This document shows, in pieces, positions 24,241 through 35,530 of a DNA stretch of 64,000 nt. The notes under the pieces are model-generated. The model was not told the DNA's origin. It searched no databases and saw only the letters and a program-made list of their open reading frames with translations. This DNA comes from Anolis carolinensis (Eukaryota), in the NCBI RefSeq assembly GCF_035594765.1, contig NC_085843.1, positions 90,683,971 to 90,747,970 on the forward strand. The letters are read 5' to 3'. The position numbers and the translations under genes were made by a program. The stretch's first letter is position 1, and each line of letters opens with the position of its first letter.

Positions 24241-25064
24241 GCGTCCCTCCCTCTCTCCCTCTCTCCCTCTTTTAATGTACTGTACTATATACCTTTGTGT
24301 TCACTGAGGCGATGAGGCGCAGGCGGTGCCTACTGGTGGACAGGAGGAGGACAGGCCGGGCCAGACCACACGCCTCAGCTTGGGCCTTTTTGTGCCTGTG
24401 AGGGAGGGCGGGCCGTATGAAAAAACCTGCGAAACAGCGAATCCGCAATAAGCAAATCGCAAAGTAGCGAGGGAACACTGTACATGTGTAATTGTGCTCT
24501 AGATTGCAGGTCTAGATCTGCATATTCTTGCAGCCTGAAAAGCTTCTAAATTAATATGTAGAATGCAATTTTCCTGCTTCTTGGCAAGGGTTGGACTGGA
24601 TGGCCCACGAGGTCTCTTCCAACTCTATGAATCGATGATTCTAACAGCAGTAATTCCTTACTCTTAATTTGTGCCTATCCAAAATATACAAAGAATCAAT
24701 GCAGTGAATTTCTAAAGCTGCGCTGGAATTCTTCCTTAAACTTCACCACAAAACACAGTCCCATAAAGAAGACTGTAGAAAATCCCATTAACTGTAATGA
24801 GCTTTGGCATCAACATCAACACAGAAGGTTTACTGGAAGAGTTCAGTTGGTGCCAATGGATTATTCTTGTGGACTAATCAGGGCTGAGAATAGCAGTAAG
24901 CCCATGCAAATTATATCTCCCCAGTAGTTTGTTACATTGTTTGGTTCTGAATTGAGTGTAATCTCTTTCCATTACTGACCATCTTGAATTTTACACTCTG
25001 GTCACTGTTTGATAGAAACAAAAAACTAACTTAAAGCAACTAAGAAATGTCTATAAGTTTTTTT

Positions 25065-25300
25065 GTGTGTCTGTCAGGGGCGACTTGAGAAATTGCAAGT
25101 CACTTATGGTGTGAGAGAATTGGCCATCTGCAAGGACGTTGCCCAGGGGACACCCGGAGGTTTTTGATGTTTTACCATCCTTTGGGAGACTTCTCTCATG
25201 TCCCCGCAAGGGGAGCTTCCCGGATTTGAACTGGCAACCTTCAGGTCAGCAGTCCTGCTGGCACAAGGGTTTAACTCATTACGCTACTGGGGGCTCCTTC
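25065..25300 (-). mobile_element. Sauria-type SINE, partial
   Basis: Reverse complement of a tRNA-like head; nearly the same as 61540-61780. Confidence 0.75.
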
Positions 25301-26270
25301 CACCGGTGTAAATATGTCACATATTATATGTAAATACAACATTGAATATGGCTTGAAATCCACAAGGTGATGATAAAGGAATCTGGACACAACTTAACAG
25401 AAGTTGATGTTTTGCACTCAGAATTAAAATTAGTAGTAAAACATGATAACCAAGAAGTAAAAAGTCACCACTTGTTTATAGAGTTATCGTATCCACAATC
25501 CTCTATATATTTTTTCTTGAGATCTTCTTTGGAAGATATGACCAGGAAAAGGTGCAATGTCTATCTCAATCAAAAATGCTTGGGTTAGCAGTACTCTTCT
25601 CAAGCACATGACAACACATGGTTAGAAATTGAGCTATCATCCTTGTTATTGTAGTTTTGCTTTCAATTTAATTTTGCTTCTATTTTCACAAACACCCTGG
25701 GATTTCTCTGCTTCATTTTGGACAAAAGAAACATGGCCTATATGTAAAAGTTAAAAAGACTCTGAGGGAAACCCAGCAGGCAGCCACAGTGACATTTTTA
25801 ACAAGCCATCTTTTTCCCTTTGAAAAAGGACTTTTAATGAGGACAGAAATGTGTCCAGACACGTGGTCATTATGTTGACAAGCAGAATTTAATGGTGTAG
25901 CCAGGGACTGCCTGCCCTTTAAGTTACAGCCCGATTTTTTGTTATTGTTCTTATTGTTGCTTTAAGAGAGACACAAAATAAAGGAAAAAAGTAACAGGTT
26001 TCGACTGGGATTTCATCTTAAACATTGTTACGTGTTTTGTAGTTTATTTATGTTATGTTTTGTTGCGTTTTCCCATTTTGATTATAAGAGTTGGCCTTCA
26101 TTATTCTGTACCTACAGACGTAACCATTCACAACTTAGAAATTGTAAAAAAAAAAAAAAAGATATCAAAAAAGCCAAACTTTGCTTTTGTCACTTTATAT
26201 AAGGGACATCATTGCATTACGCTATGGTATATAATGGGACTGGGGCCGCGGCAGGTTTGGTTTCCAACAG

Positions 26271-26372
26271 ACCTCACAACCTCTGAGGATGCCGGCCATA
26301 AATGTGAGCAAAATGACAGGAGATAATGCTTCTGGAACATGGCCATAAAGCTCAGAAAAATTACAGCAACCC
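26271..26372 (+). mobile_element. Penelope-like pseudo-LTR fragment with decayed hammerhead motif
   Basis: Homologous to 30595-30695 (cctctgaggatgcc...tgcttctggaacatggccat). Confidence 0.75.
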
Positions 26373-26439
26373 CAAGAAAACTATGTATATGTAGGATCGA
26401 AAAGGTATGGGGATCTCATGAAAACCTTTATATGAACCT

Positions 26440-27207
26440 ATATATGAAAGGTTTTCATGAGATCCCTATATCTTTTATTACAATTTATGTGTGTGTCTTC
26501 CTCGCCTATGTTTAGAGGATCAAACAAGTCATCATGGGTAGTGGCCTTAAACAATGAGATGGCTAAAATTGGCCTTCCTTTACAATTTCTGAATGATCTA
26601 GGACCTAGGGCAAAACAAGTGCTCATGCAACGCACTCATGGTATCTATGCTCAATTGGACCTAGCAAGTATAGGTAGGTCTTTTGCCACAAAGTTTTTAG
26701 CCTCCCACATAATGAATATTCATTTAGAACACTATCTGACTATTCCAGTTCCGTTACCCTTAAGAAGAATATATATACCAGGGCCAGGTTTGAACAACTC
26801 GGTATTATGATGCAAACTGGTCGCTACGGTAACATCCCAAGAAATGAGAGATTTTGTGTCTGGGGAGAACAAATAGTGGAAGATATCGAACATTTTTTGA
26901 TTGACTGCCCAGCATATGTTGAACTTCAACACAGATATCTTCATCCATTACTATCTAATTTTAGGTCCCCCAACAGAAATGATCTTCTGACAGTCCTCTT
27001 GCAAGGACAAGAAAGATCCACCATAATCAGAGTAAGCCTTTTTATCCTGAAAGCTATCAAGAAAAGAGCACATTTCCTGAAAGAAGAATCAGGAAAATAA
27101 GATTTTGACGGCAAACAGAAGGTCCTCCCATCCTTTTTGCCTTGTTTTTATTTATGTTGCACTTTGAAATGGTCATATAACTGGTCAAACAAATAAATTA
27201 TTATTAT
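26440..27207 (+). mobile_element. Non-LTR retrotransposon 3' end (RTE-X-like), C-terminal zinc-knuckle region
   Basis: TGRYGNIPRNERFCVWGEQIVEDIEHFLIDCPAY; ends aataaa(tta)n. Confidence 0.75.
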
Positions 27208-27426
27208 GTGTGTGTCCATACCTCTTATAAAGGGGTTGGTTTAAACTCTGGTTTGCTAGTAAAACTGAATGATTGTGTTGCAAAATGATGCATGTCTCAA
27301 AAGTGTGTCACTAGAGGATACCAAAGGGATCACTGTATATATAAATTATATATACTGTTAGGAATTGTGGGAGTTGAAGTCCAAAACATCTGGAGGGCCA
27401 AAGTTTGCCAGTGCCTGGATTATAAA

Positions 27427-28667
27427 TCTCTAGACATAATAAAAGTGAAAATGTGTGTGTGTGTGTGTGGTTGGGGTATCCACTTACACAGACAAGCTCC
27501 CATTTCCACAAATAGCTATAGCTCCCACTACTCAGGAGACTCCAATGGCCCTCCCTCCAATGAATGCCATGAACATGTCCAAGAGCCCTGCCAATGTCCT
27601 CCACAAACACCATACTGCCCACCACCCAAGTGAAGGCTTTCATACAGGGACAATTTCATCCTAGATTTACTGTTTTTCCTCCACCACAGACATTCCAGTG
27701 TTTCTGACTCCCTCCACTGGTGTGGAATTTGCATGACCCGTCCACTGCCTCTCCCATAACCCTTTCCTATTCTTTTCTATGGCCTACAGCAAACAAAGGA
27801 ATTGATCAGCAACTGAACATACTGGAGAGGCTTGGGGAGAATTCGTCATGATTTCTAGGAGTTGTGGGTATTGGGATATATATTTCACCTGCAATTGTGA
27901 GCACTCTGAATTCCATCAACAATGGACCTGAAACTAACTTGGCACACAGAACCCCCATGACCAACAACAAATACTGGAGGTCTTTGGAGGGATTTATAGG
28001 AGTTGCAGTTCATCTACGTCCAGAGTGCACTGTGAACCCAAACAATGATGGATCTGGACCAAACTTGGCATGCATACCTCATACGCCCAAATTTGAATAC
28101 TGGTGGGTTTTGAGGGGAATTGGTGTGGACATTTTGGAGTTGTAGGTACTGGGATTTATAGTTCACCTGCAATCAGTCAGCACTCTGAACTCCACCAAAG
28201 ATGGAACTGGACCAAACTTGGCACACAGAGCCTCCATGACCAGCAAAAAATACTGAAGGTGTTTGGGGAAAATTCACCTTGACAGCACTGATGGATCTGG
28301 ACCAAACTTGGCACACATACCCGATATGCCGCAATTTGATTATTGGAGGGGTTTGGGAGGAATTGACCTTCCTTTCTGGGAGTTGTAGTTCACCCACAAC
28401 CAGGGAAACTGTGACCTCCACGGATGAGGGGCCTGGACCAAGCCTGGCACACAGAACCCCCAAGACTCACTCAACCTCCTGGAGAGGTCTGAGGGGACGG
28501 CTCACCATAGTGGGAGTGGGAGTTCACCCTACGGCCAGAGAGCACACTGAACCCCACGGAGGATGCATCTGGTGCACTGGGGGTGAACCTGGCATGATGA
28601 CAGTTGTAGTCAATCCATAACCTTATGCGTCTTGTACAATCAATACACTGACTATTTCAAATAACCC
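27427..28667 (+). mobile_element. Non-autonomous Helitron with internal ~135-bp tandem units, 3' end truncated
   Basis: 5' a|tc...tagacataataaaagtgaaaatgt; repeated ggatctggaccaaacttggca units; ends at aataaccc, the start of the family's terminal hairpin (compare 34188). Confidence 0.65.
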
Positions 28668-28779
28668 AACTGAAGGAGAAGAAAGAACAGATGGAAGAAG
28701 AGGAGGAGGAGGATAAAGAAGAGGAGCAAAAAGAAGAAGGAAGAGGAGGAAAAGGAGAAGGGGAAGAGGAGGAGGAAGA

Positions 28780-29420
28780 AATACAAAACACACGAAGCCC
28801 CCTCGTGGCTGCCTTGCTCGTCTGGCCCACGCAGCCTCTAGCTCTGAGCGACACCTGTATCCTTGGCTGCGTGTGCCCAGGCCTGAGTCCCACGGGCACC
28901 ACGCCGCGAATGAGAAGGGTTTGCTGCGGTTCTTCCCCCTCCTTCCCTCCCTCCCTCCCTCCTTCCCTGGCCCAGGGGCTCTTCTAGGGGCGCGCCTGCC
29001 TGCTCTCTTCCTGCCTACCTGCTTGGCCCTTTTCTCCGAAGCCAGCGGCTCTTTCTGGGGCCAGGGAAAGGGAGGCCCGGGTGGCTTCCTCTCCCGGGGA
29101 CGCCCGGCTCAAGCGCCGCCTCGCTGCCCGGGGAAAGGAGGGCCGTGGCGGGCGGCGGGCGCCTTCTCTCCTCCCAGCCAGGCTCGCCCGCTCCTCCTCC
29201 TCCTCCTCCTCCTCCTCGCTCAGGAAGGCAGAGGCAGCCGGGCTCTGGAGGGAAAGAGGAGGACAAAGAGGGGCGGCTTTGCCGAAGGACAAAGGCACTC
29301 CTGGGGCCCCTTCCCTTCCCTTCCAGGCTGGAAAAACATCTCGTTCTTCTCCTCGTCAGTGGTTTGGCCTTGAGGTGCTCAGGCAAGACAAGGGTCCCCC
29401 TTCCACACTGGCCCTGCAGC
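28780..29420. promoter_or_regulatory. CpG island, probable promoter and non-coding first exon of the coiled-coil gene
   Basis: Abrupt GC- and CpG-rich block (cgcgcc, ggcgggcggcggg, GC boxes, (CCT)n run) in AT-rich surroundings. A minus-strand donor CAG|gtaggc lies at 29019/29018. Confidence 0.65.
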
Positions 29421-29882
29421 CCCAACCTTTGGGCTCCTATCCCTCACTTGCATAGAGACAGTGTAGAGTACGGTGTGTTCTCAAAGGATTTGGAATAACT
29501 GGGTGGCTGTGAGTTTTCTGTACGGCCATGTTCCAGAAGCATTCTCTCCTTTTGTATACAAAACTCCTGTGGGATCCAGGAGTTGTCTGATCTTTTCTTT
29601 GTATTGTTCCATTTCCATGATTAGTGTAGCATTCCCCTTGTCTGCAGAGGGAAATTGTGATTTCTGGATCTGAGTTGAGGACTTTGATGGCTTGTCTTTC
29701 TTTCCTTGTTATTTTTTCCTTTCTAAGGATCCTGTTTCCTCTCTTTCCACCTCCTCCAAGGTGAACTCGACCACCTAAACTGGGCTCCACAGGCCAATGG
29801 ATACTCCACCACAGACATCAGATGAGCTGCAAGGTCAAGAACAAGCCTTGAGAGTAAAGACAAAGATCCACCCAGAGGAAAA

Positions 29883-30353
29883 GTGTTCTTACCATACATC
29901 AAAGGAACCATTGACCACATAGGGAAGCTGATGAAGAAACACAACCTACACACTATCTACAGACCCACTAAGAAAATCCAACAAATGATACGTTTAGCAA
30001 ATGACAAGAGGGATCCTCCCACCTCTGCAGGAGTCTACTGTATACCATGCAGCTGTGGACAAGTCTACATAGGAACCACCAAAGGCAGCACTGCCCAAAC
30101 ACGAATCAAGGAAAATGAAAGGCACTGCAGAATAACTCAACCAGAGAAGTCAGCCATAGCAGAGCTCTTGATGAACCAACCTGGACACAGCATATTGTTG
30201 GAGAACACAGAAATGCTGGATCACTCTAACAATCACCACGCCAGACTACACAGAGAAGCCACTGAAATCCACAAGCATGTGGACAATTTCAACAGAAAGA
30301 AGAAAACCATGAAAATGAACAAAATCTGGCTACTAGTATTTAAAAAACTCTGA
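29883..30353 (+). pseudogene. Penelope-type GIY-YIG endonuclease coding remnant
   Basis: GVY-x-I-x-C-x-C-x3-YIG motif with conserved R, H, E and N positions. Confidence 0.88.
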
Positions 30354-30603
30354 AATCAGGACAGTAAATAAAGAACAACACTAAAAAACAGAGGAATTCC
30401 AGGGCCAGCTAACACCTTCCAACAAAGGATTCCCCCAGGCAGTAAGCAGCCCAACCTTGAAGCTGAAAGGATACTCAGTGCTAATCAAGGTGACCAACTG
30501 AAACATTTACACCTGCCTCAACCATACAAGAGTTCTTTCTCCCACTCTGAACATTCCACAGATATATAAACCCCACTTGACTAATTTTCAACATACCTCA
30601 TTA

Positions 30604-30644
30604 CCTCTGAGGATGCCTGCCATAGATGCATGGGAAACATCAGG
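30604..30644 (+). ncRNA. Degenerate minimal type-I hammerhead ribozyme motif in the Penelope pLTR
   Basis: CCT-CTGAGGA-T-GCCTGC-catagat-GCATGG-GAAA-CATC-AGG: stem I (CCT/AGG), both core boxes, damaged stem II and helix III. Confidence 0.6.
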
Positions 30645-30769
30645 AAAGAATGCTTCTGGAACATGGCCATACAGCCTGGAAAATTCACAGAAACCTGATG
30701 ATTCAGGCCATGAAAGTCTTTGACAACACTTGGCAAACACATTTAACACATACAACATACAACCCACAG

Positions 30770-31734
30770 TGTCAGGACCCAGGCTGCAGAGCACCAATAA
30801 CCATACGCAGAGGCCAGAATCTATCTAATATCTTTATTAAAGAAATATTTAAAGTCAATAAAAACAAGTGTAGAATATAGTTCAGAAGTAGACCTTTCAG
30901 GGAAGGTCAAATATAGTCCAGGAAAACAATGTCCAATATATGATATTAAAGTCCAAAGTTATAATCCACTTCACCGTAACACACACTATTTGGCAAGCAA
31001 TAGTGTGGGGAACTGTCCATAGTCTTTGAGGCTCAAGGTAAATCCGAAGGAAAGGAAAACAAGGCTGGAATCCGAGAAGCAGGGTCCGTGGTTTAAAACG
31101 CAAGGCAAGGCAAGACTTGAGACTTGGCAAGGTCCAACTTGAAACAAGGCAATCGTGGAACAAGAACTGAGTCCATAGAAATCCGTGGAACAAGGCAGGG
31201 CTGGGAACTTGATTCAGGAGCTGGGAACTGGGGTACGAAGTCTACACACGATCTCACTCCACGAGCTGACGAATTGACTCCGCAAGGATTCCTTTGTGGC
31301 CAAACACCTATATAGGATCTTGTTTTCCCGCCAAAGCACATTTTCTCTGGGGAACAAGAATCGAAACCTATACTGTGTCCAGATGCAGGACTCCTTAAAC
31401 TTTCCCAAGGGAAACAGACTTAATCATCTAATTGTCTGGCAGCAATCCTGGCGCTCCGGCGAGTCGCCTCGCGAGCGCCTCTTTGTTGATTATAATAATC
31501 TCGGCGAGAAAATGGGGGAGATTTCTTCTCAAGGCTTGTTTGGCTGACTTCTGGAGGGCCACAAGTGATAGTTTCCAAATGAGTATATCATAATGCCACC
31601 TGAATCCTAAAAGCTTTCCACCGACCCATTTCCATATAAGATGAAACATAGGCAAAGGATTCTTAACCTTTATCTCCCCCTTGGAAATACACTAGTTCTT
31701 CCTCTTATGAGGATTAGGGGTTAGGATCACCACA
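30770..31734 (-). mobile_element. Probable solo LTR (Gypsy/ERV type)
   Basis: tgtcagg...caccaca termini, ~965 bp; minus-strand TATA-like element near 31310 and AATAAA near 30835; internal short direct repeats; no clean TSD seen. Confidence 0.6.
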
Positions 31735-32746
31735 AAAAAACAGAAATTTAAAAAGCCACTTTTTATCTAAGAGACTCTAGGATTCTCTAGGTCCTCCAGT
31801 GCAAATCTATAAGACTGAAAACGTGTCTTTGTGAAAAAAAACTATGGAGAACTTGTGCAATGGACATATATAGAATGATGTGAAATCACTTTTGGAATAG
31901 CCCGATTTATGCTTTTGGATTACTGGTATGTGATTAATTGTGACTGTATTGTTTTAAATGTTTTAATTGTTTTAATGTATTTTACAATTTTCTTTTAATG
32001 TCTATTTAAACTGTACACTGTTTTTAAGACATCAAATACAGTAGTTGCCTATGTGTGAAGCTGCCTTGAGTCCCCTTTGGGGTTGAGAAAGGCAGAATAG
32101 AAATGACATAAATAAATACATAAATATTCAGGCACCAGACATTGGTCCCAGCATATTCTAACAGTAGACTTACATTTAACCAGAACACAAGCAACCAACA
32201 ACAAAAACATCAAATAAATAATACTGTACATAAAAAAACCCCTGTTTGGTACTGTTCCATTATCCTGGTGGAGGCCAAAAGAAGGCACTAGACAGAGAAG
32301 GATGGTCCATCTTAGAGTGGAAGGGAGTTGAAGGAGGAAAACCATTTCCTCCTGTTTTCCTGTTCTTCCCTCCACTCATGTTACCATCTAGAAAAAAACC
32401 CCTTGTTTATAAAATGGGAAGGCGGGGAGAGAGAGAGAGAGAGAGAGAGAGTGGGAATAACCAGCCAAAATGGGGGAAATTGTTTTCCTCCTTCAGCTCC
32501 CCCCTCCCCATAAAATGGACTAGCCTTCTCTGCCTAGCACTCCCTAGTGGCCTCCATCTGGATCATGGAACAGCACCAGCTGTTTTTAATACAGTAAAAC
32601 AGTAAAACCATGTTACATTAAGTAAACTTTGTTTTTGTTTGCCACATGGTTTTAGTTACGTACTATATTTCGGTCTTAATGTCAAGTCAATACAGAGTGT
32701 ATGGTGTGTTATAGAATGGGATATAGTATTCGGCCTATTTTTAATA

Positions 32747-33070
32747 CAGTAGAGTCTCACTTATCCAAGCTAAACGGGCCGGCAGAAGCTTGGATAAGCG
32801 AATATCTTGGATAACAAGGAAGGATTAAGGAAAAGTCTATTAAACATCAAATTAGGTTATGATTTTACAAATTAAGCACCAAAACATCATGTTTTACAAC
32901 AAATTTGACAGAAAAGGCAGTTCAATACGCAGTAATGTTATGTTGTAATTACTGTATTTACGAATTTAGCACCAAAATATCACGATACATTGAAAACATT
33001 GTCTACAACAAATGGCTTGGATAATCCAGAAACTTGGATAAGCAAGGCTTGGATTAGTGAGACTCTATTG
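32747..33070 (+). mobile_element. Tc1/mariner MITE, same family
   Basis: cagtagagtctcacttatcca ... tggattagtgagactctattg. Confidence 0.88.
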
Positions 33071-34187
33071 CAGTTCCTCTCAACCAAGCAGAAATTACAT
33101 TTTTCTGCCATCTACCAACCCCATGGGTACCGGTTAATTGAGAGTCTATTGTATTCATCCATATCCACTCTAAACCAGCCAGTCTTCTTTGACTCAATAT
33201 TCTGTCTGCCACAGCCCTTGAGATGGTTCCCTCCCAAAACCAAGCTTCATCTTGCTACTCACAGAGACAAGTTTCTAGTTTTTTAAAACATGTTTTCCCT
33301 TCAGCCCCTCACTCATCAGACCCTGAGCTTGGTTGCCTTCAGCCCGACTTGCCCTGCTCCTCTTTCACAGCCCTGCTTTCCTCAGGGATGGTTTGGGGCC
33401 AGCATCTCCCTCCCTTGACTCTCCATAAAAAGACTTCTCTGTGGCTGGAAGCCATGGATTTGCTTTCCTTCTGCCTAAAAAGACCTCCAAAGTGGTACCA
33501 CTGTCACCTGGCCAAACTGAGCTAAGACCTGCTTTCTTTGAGCACTCTTTTGAACTGCTGCTGGATGGTAACAGTCTTCCTTAAAGCTATGGAGCAAAAA
33601 ATAAAATTACAATAAAATTAAAAAAATAAAAACATCTCCTATATTGTAGTTACATTTATCTTTAAACTGAAGTGTCAGTGCATAGTTGCTATATATGGGG
33701 AAAATAACTTGATGGGGTAACTTGATGAGGACTGAGGTTACAGGAGTATTTGTGATGCAGCAAAAACACAGTTTATAACAGACTTTTAAAATGAGCCTCA
33801 TATCATAGATGTCCCTATTCCCCCTAGACTGTGCACTCCAGTCTCAAATTTGGCCATGAGATAAAATATCATTAACCCCAGAATATTCCTCTGTATGGGG
33901 TTTTTTAAACATATGTGTTTGTCTCAGATTTTATTTCCCTGTGCATTTGAGCTTCCTGTGTCTACACTGCCAATTAAGGTGCTGTAGTCACTTCCTTGGC
34001 AAAAATGGTGATAACTGCCTGTTGGCTGGGCTGTTTATTTTTGTTTTTATTTGCTTTATTTTCATTCCACCTTTCTCCAGATATAGGAATGCTCAACAGG
34101 CCAGGTGGGAGAATTGCTTCATTACTTGTCATCGAGTGTTATTATATCTCAAAGAGAAGTAACAGTGCTTACCTCCTTTAAAGATTA

Positions 34188-35530
34188 CTAGCTTGGGGAC
34201 CCGGCGGTGCCCGGGTTATTAGTAGAGGGCAATGAGTTGTTTTGAATATTATGAATGGGCGGATCTGTGGCCGATGGGGTTTGCAGTGGGAGGCGATTTG
34301 GATGAAGGTAGTGCAAATCCCATAATCCTTGGTCCATCCTCCCCCAAACTGCTGCAGGGTGTAAAGTGTCATTTGGGATATGTGTGCCAAGTTTGGTTCG
34401 ATTATGTCATTTGGGGCAGGGGCAGTGGTTTCAGTAAGTGAGTGAAGGTACTGTAAATCCCATCATCCATGGTCCGGTGTCCCTTAAATCGCAGCAGGAG
34501 ATAAAGTGGGTGATGAGGGATATGTGTGCCAAGTTTGGTCTTGATCAGTCATTGGAGTGGGTTGCAGTGGTCTGAGGAAGTGTGTGAAGGTACTGTAAAT
34601 CCCATCTTCCCTAGTTCGTTGTTCCCTCACACCGCAGGAGGACATAAAGTGGGCTAGATTGTACCTTTGTGTCCAATTTGGTACAGTTTCATCATTCATG
34701 GGCATCAAAGTGGTCTATGGGAGGTTAATTGGATGAAGGTATTGCAAATCCCATCATCCTTGGTGCGGTCTTCCGCAAACTGCACCAGGACGTGAAGTGG
34801 GTCACATTGCACCCATGTTTCATGTTTGGTACAGTTTCGTCATTCATGCGTATCACAGTGGTTGTGGAAGGTGAATTGGGTGAAGGTATTGTAAATCCCA
34901 TCATCCTTGGTGCGATCTTCCACAAACTGCACCAGGACGTGAAGTGTGCCACATTGCACCCATGTGTCATGTTTGGTACAGTTTCATCATTCATGCGTAT
35001 CACAGTGGTCTGTGGGAGGTGAATCGGGTAAAGGTACTGCAAATCCCATAATCCTTTGTCCATCCTCTACCAAAATGCTGCAGTGGGTAAAGTATATTAT
35101 TTGGGATATGTGTACCAAGTTTGGTTCAGTTCTGTCATTCGTGGCAGTTGCAGTGGTCTGAAGAAGTGAGTGAAGGGACTGTAAGTCCCATCATTCTTGG
35201 TCTGTCCTCCCCCAAAGTACCCCAGGACGTAAAGGGGGTCACGAGAGTTCTGCCTACCAAGTTTTGTCCAGTTACATCACTGGTGGGCATCGCAGTGGTT
35301 TGTGGGAGGTGAAGCATTAGAAAGTACTGCAAATCCCATCATCCATGGCCCATCATCCCCAAACGGTACCAGGCCATAGAATGGGTCATAGGGGTTATGT
35401 GTGGCAAGTTTGGGCCAGGTCCGTTATTCCTGGCGGTCACAGTTGTCTGTGAAAGTGGAAGCCAATCAGAACGCTGCCACATACTCCTCCGCATACAAAC
35501 ATTCACCGCATACAAACATTGGGGACCCGG
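34188..35530 (-). mobile_element. Non-autonomous Helitron with ~140-bp tandem array
   Basis: Minus-strand 3' end aataacccgggcaccgccgggtccccaagCTAG|t (GC hairpin + CTAG); about 8 diverged units sharing gaaggtactgcaaatcccatcatcc...ccaagtttgg. Confidence 0.85.

Larger units (their letters stand above)
29499..30727 (+). mobile_element. Rearranged Penelope-like retroelement (RT fragments, GIY-YIG endonuclease, pseudo-LTR)
   Basis: ORF 29883-30353 has FLPYIKG...GVYCIPCSCGQVYIGTT...RIKE..HSILLEN...REA (GIY-YIG). An upstream ANGY thumb remnant, an inverted ADKG-containing RT piece and an inverted pLTR tail form the left end. Confidence 0.9.

Noticed and set aside
28657-29498. Several overlapping 100-166-aa ORFs on both strands
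   Set aside because: Expected from GC-rich, low-complexity CpG-island DNA depleted of stop codons; no recognisable domain.
30694-30720. Second hammerhead-like string CTGATGA...GAAAGTC
   Set aside because: There is no convincing stem II or stem I, and the homologous copy at 40490-40520 lacks the CTGATGA box.
34230-35420. Regularly spaced repeats superficially like a CRISPR array (also 27.8-28.6 kb and 58.8-59.2 kb)
   Set aside because: Whole units are homologous with no unique spacers, there are no cas genes, and the context is eukaryotic; these are Helitron-internal tandem repeats.
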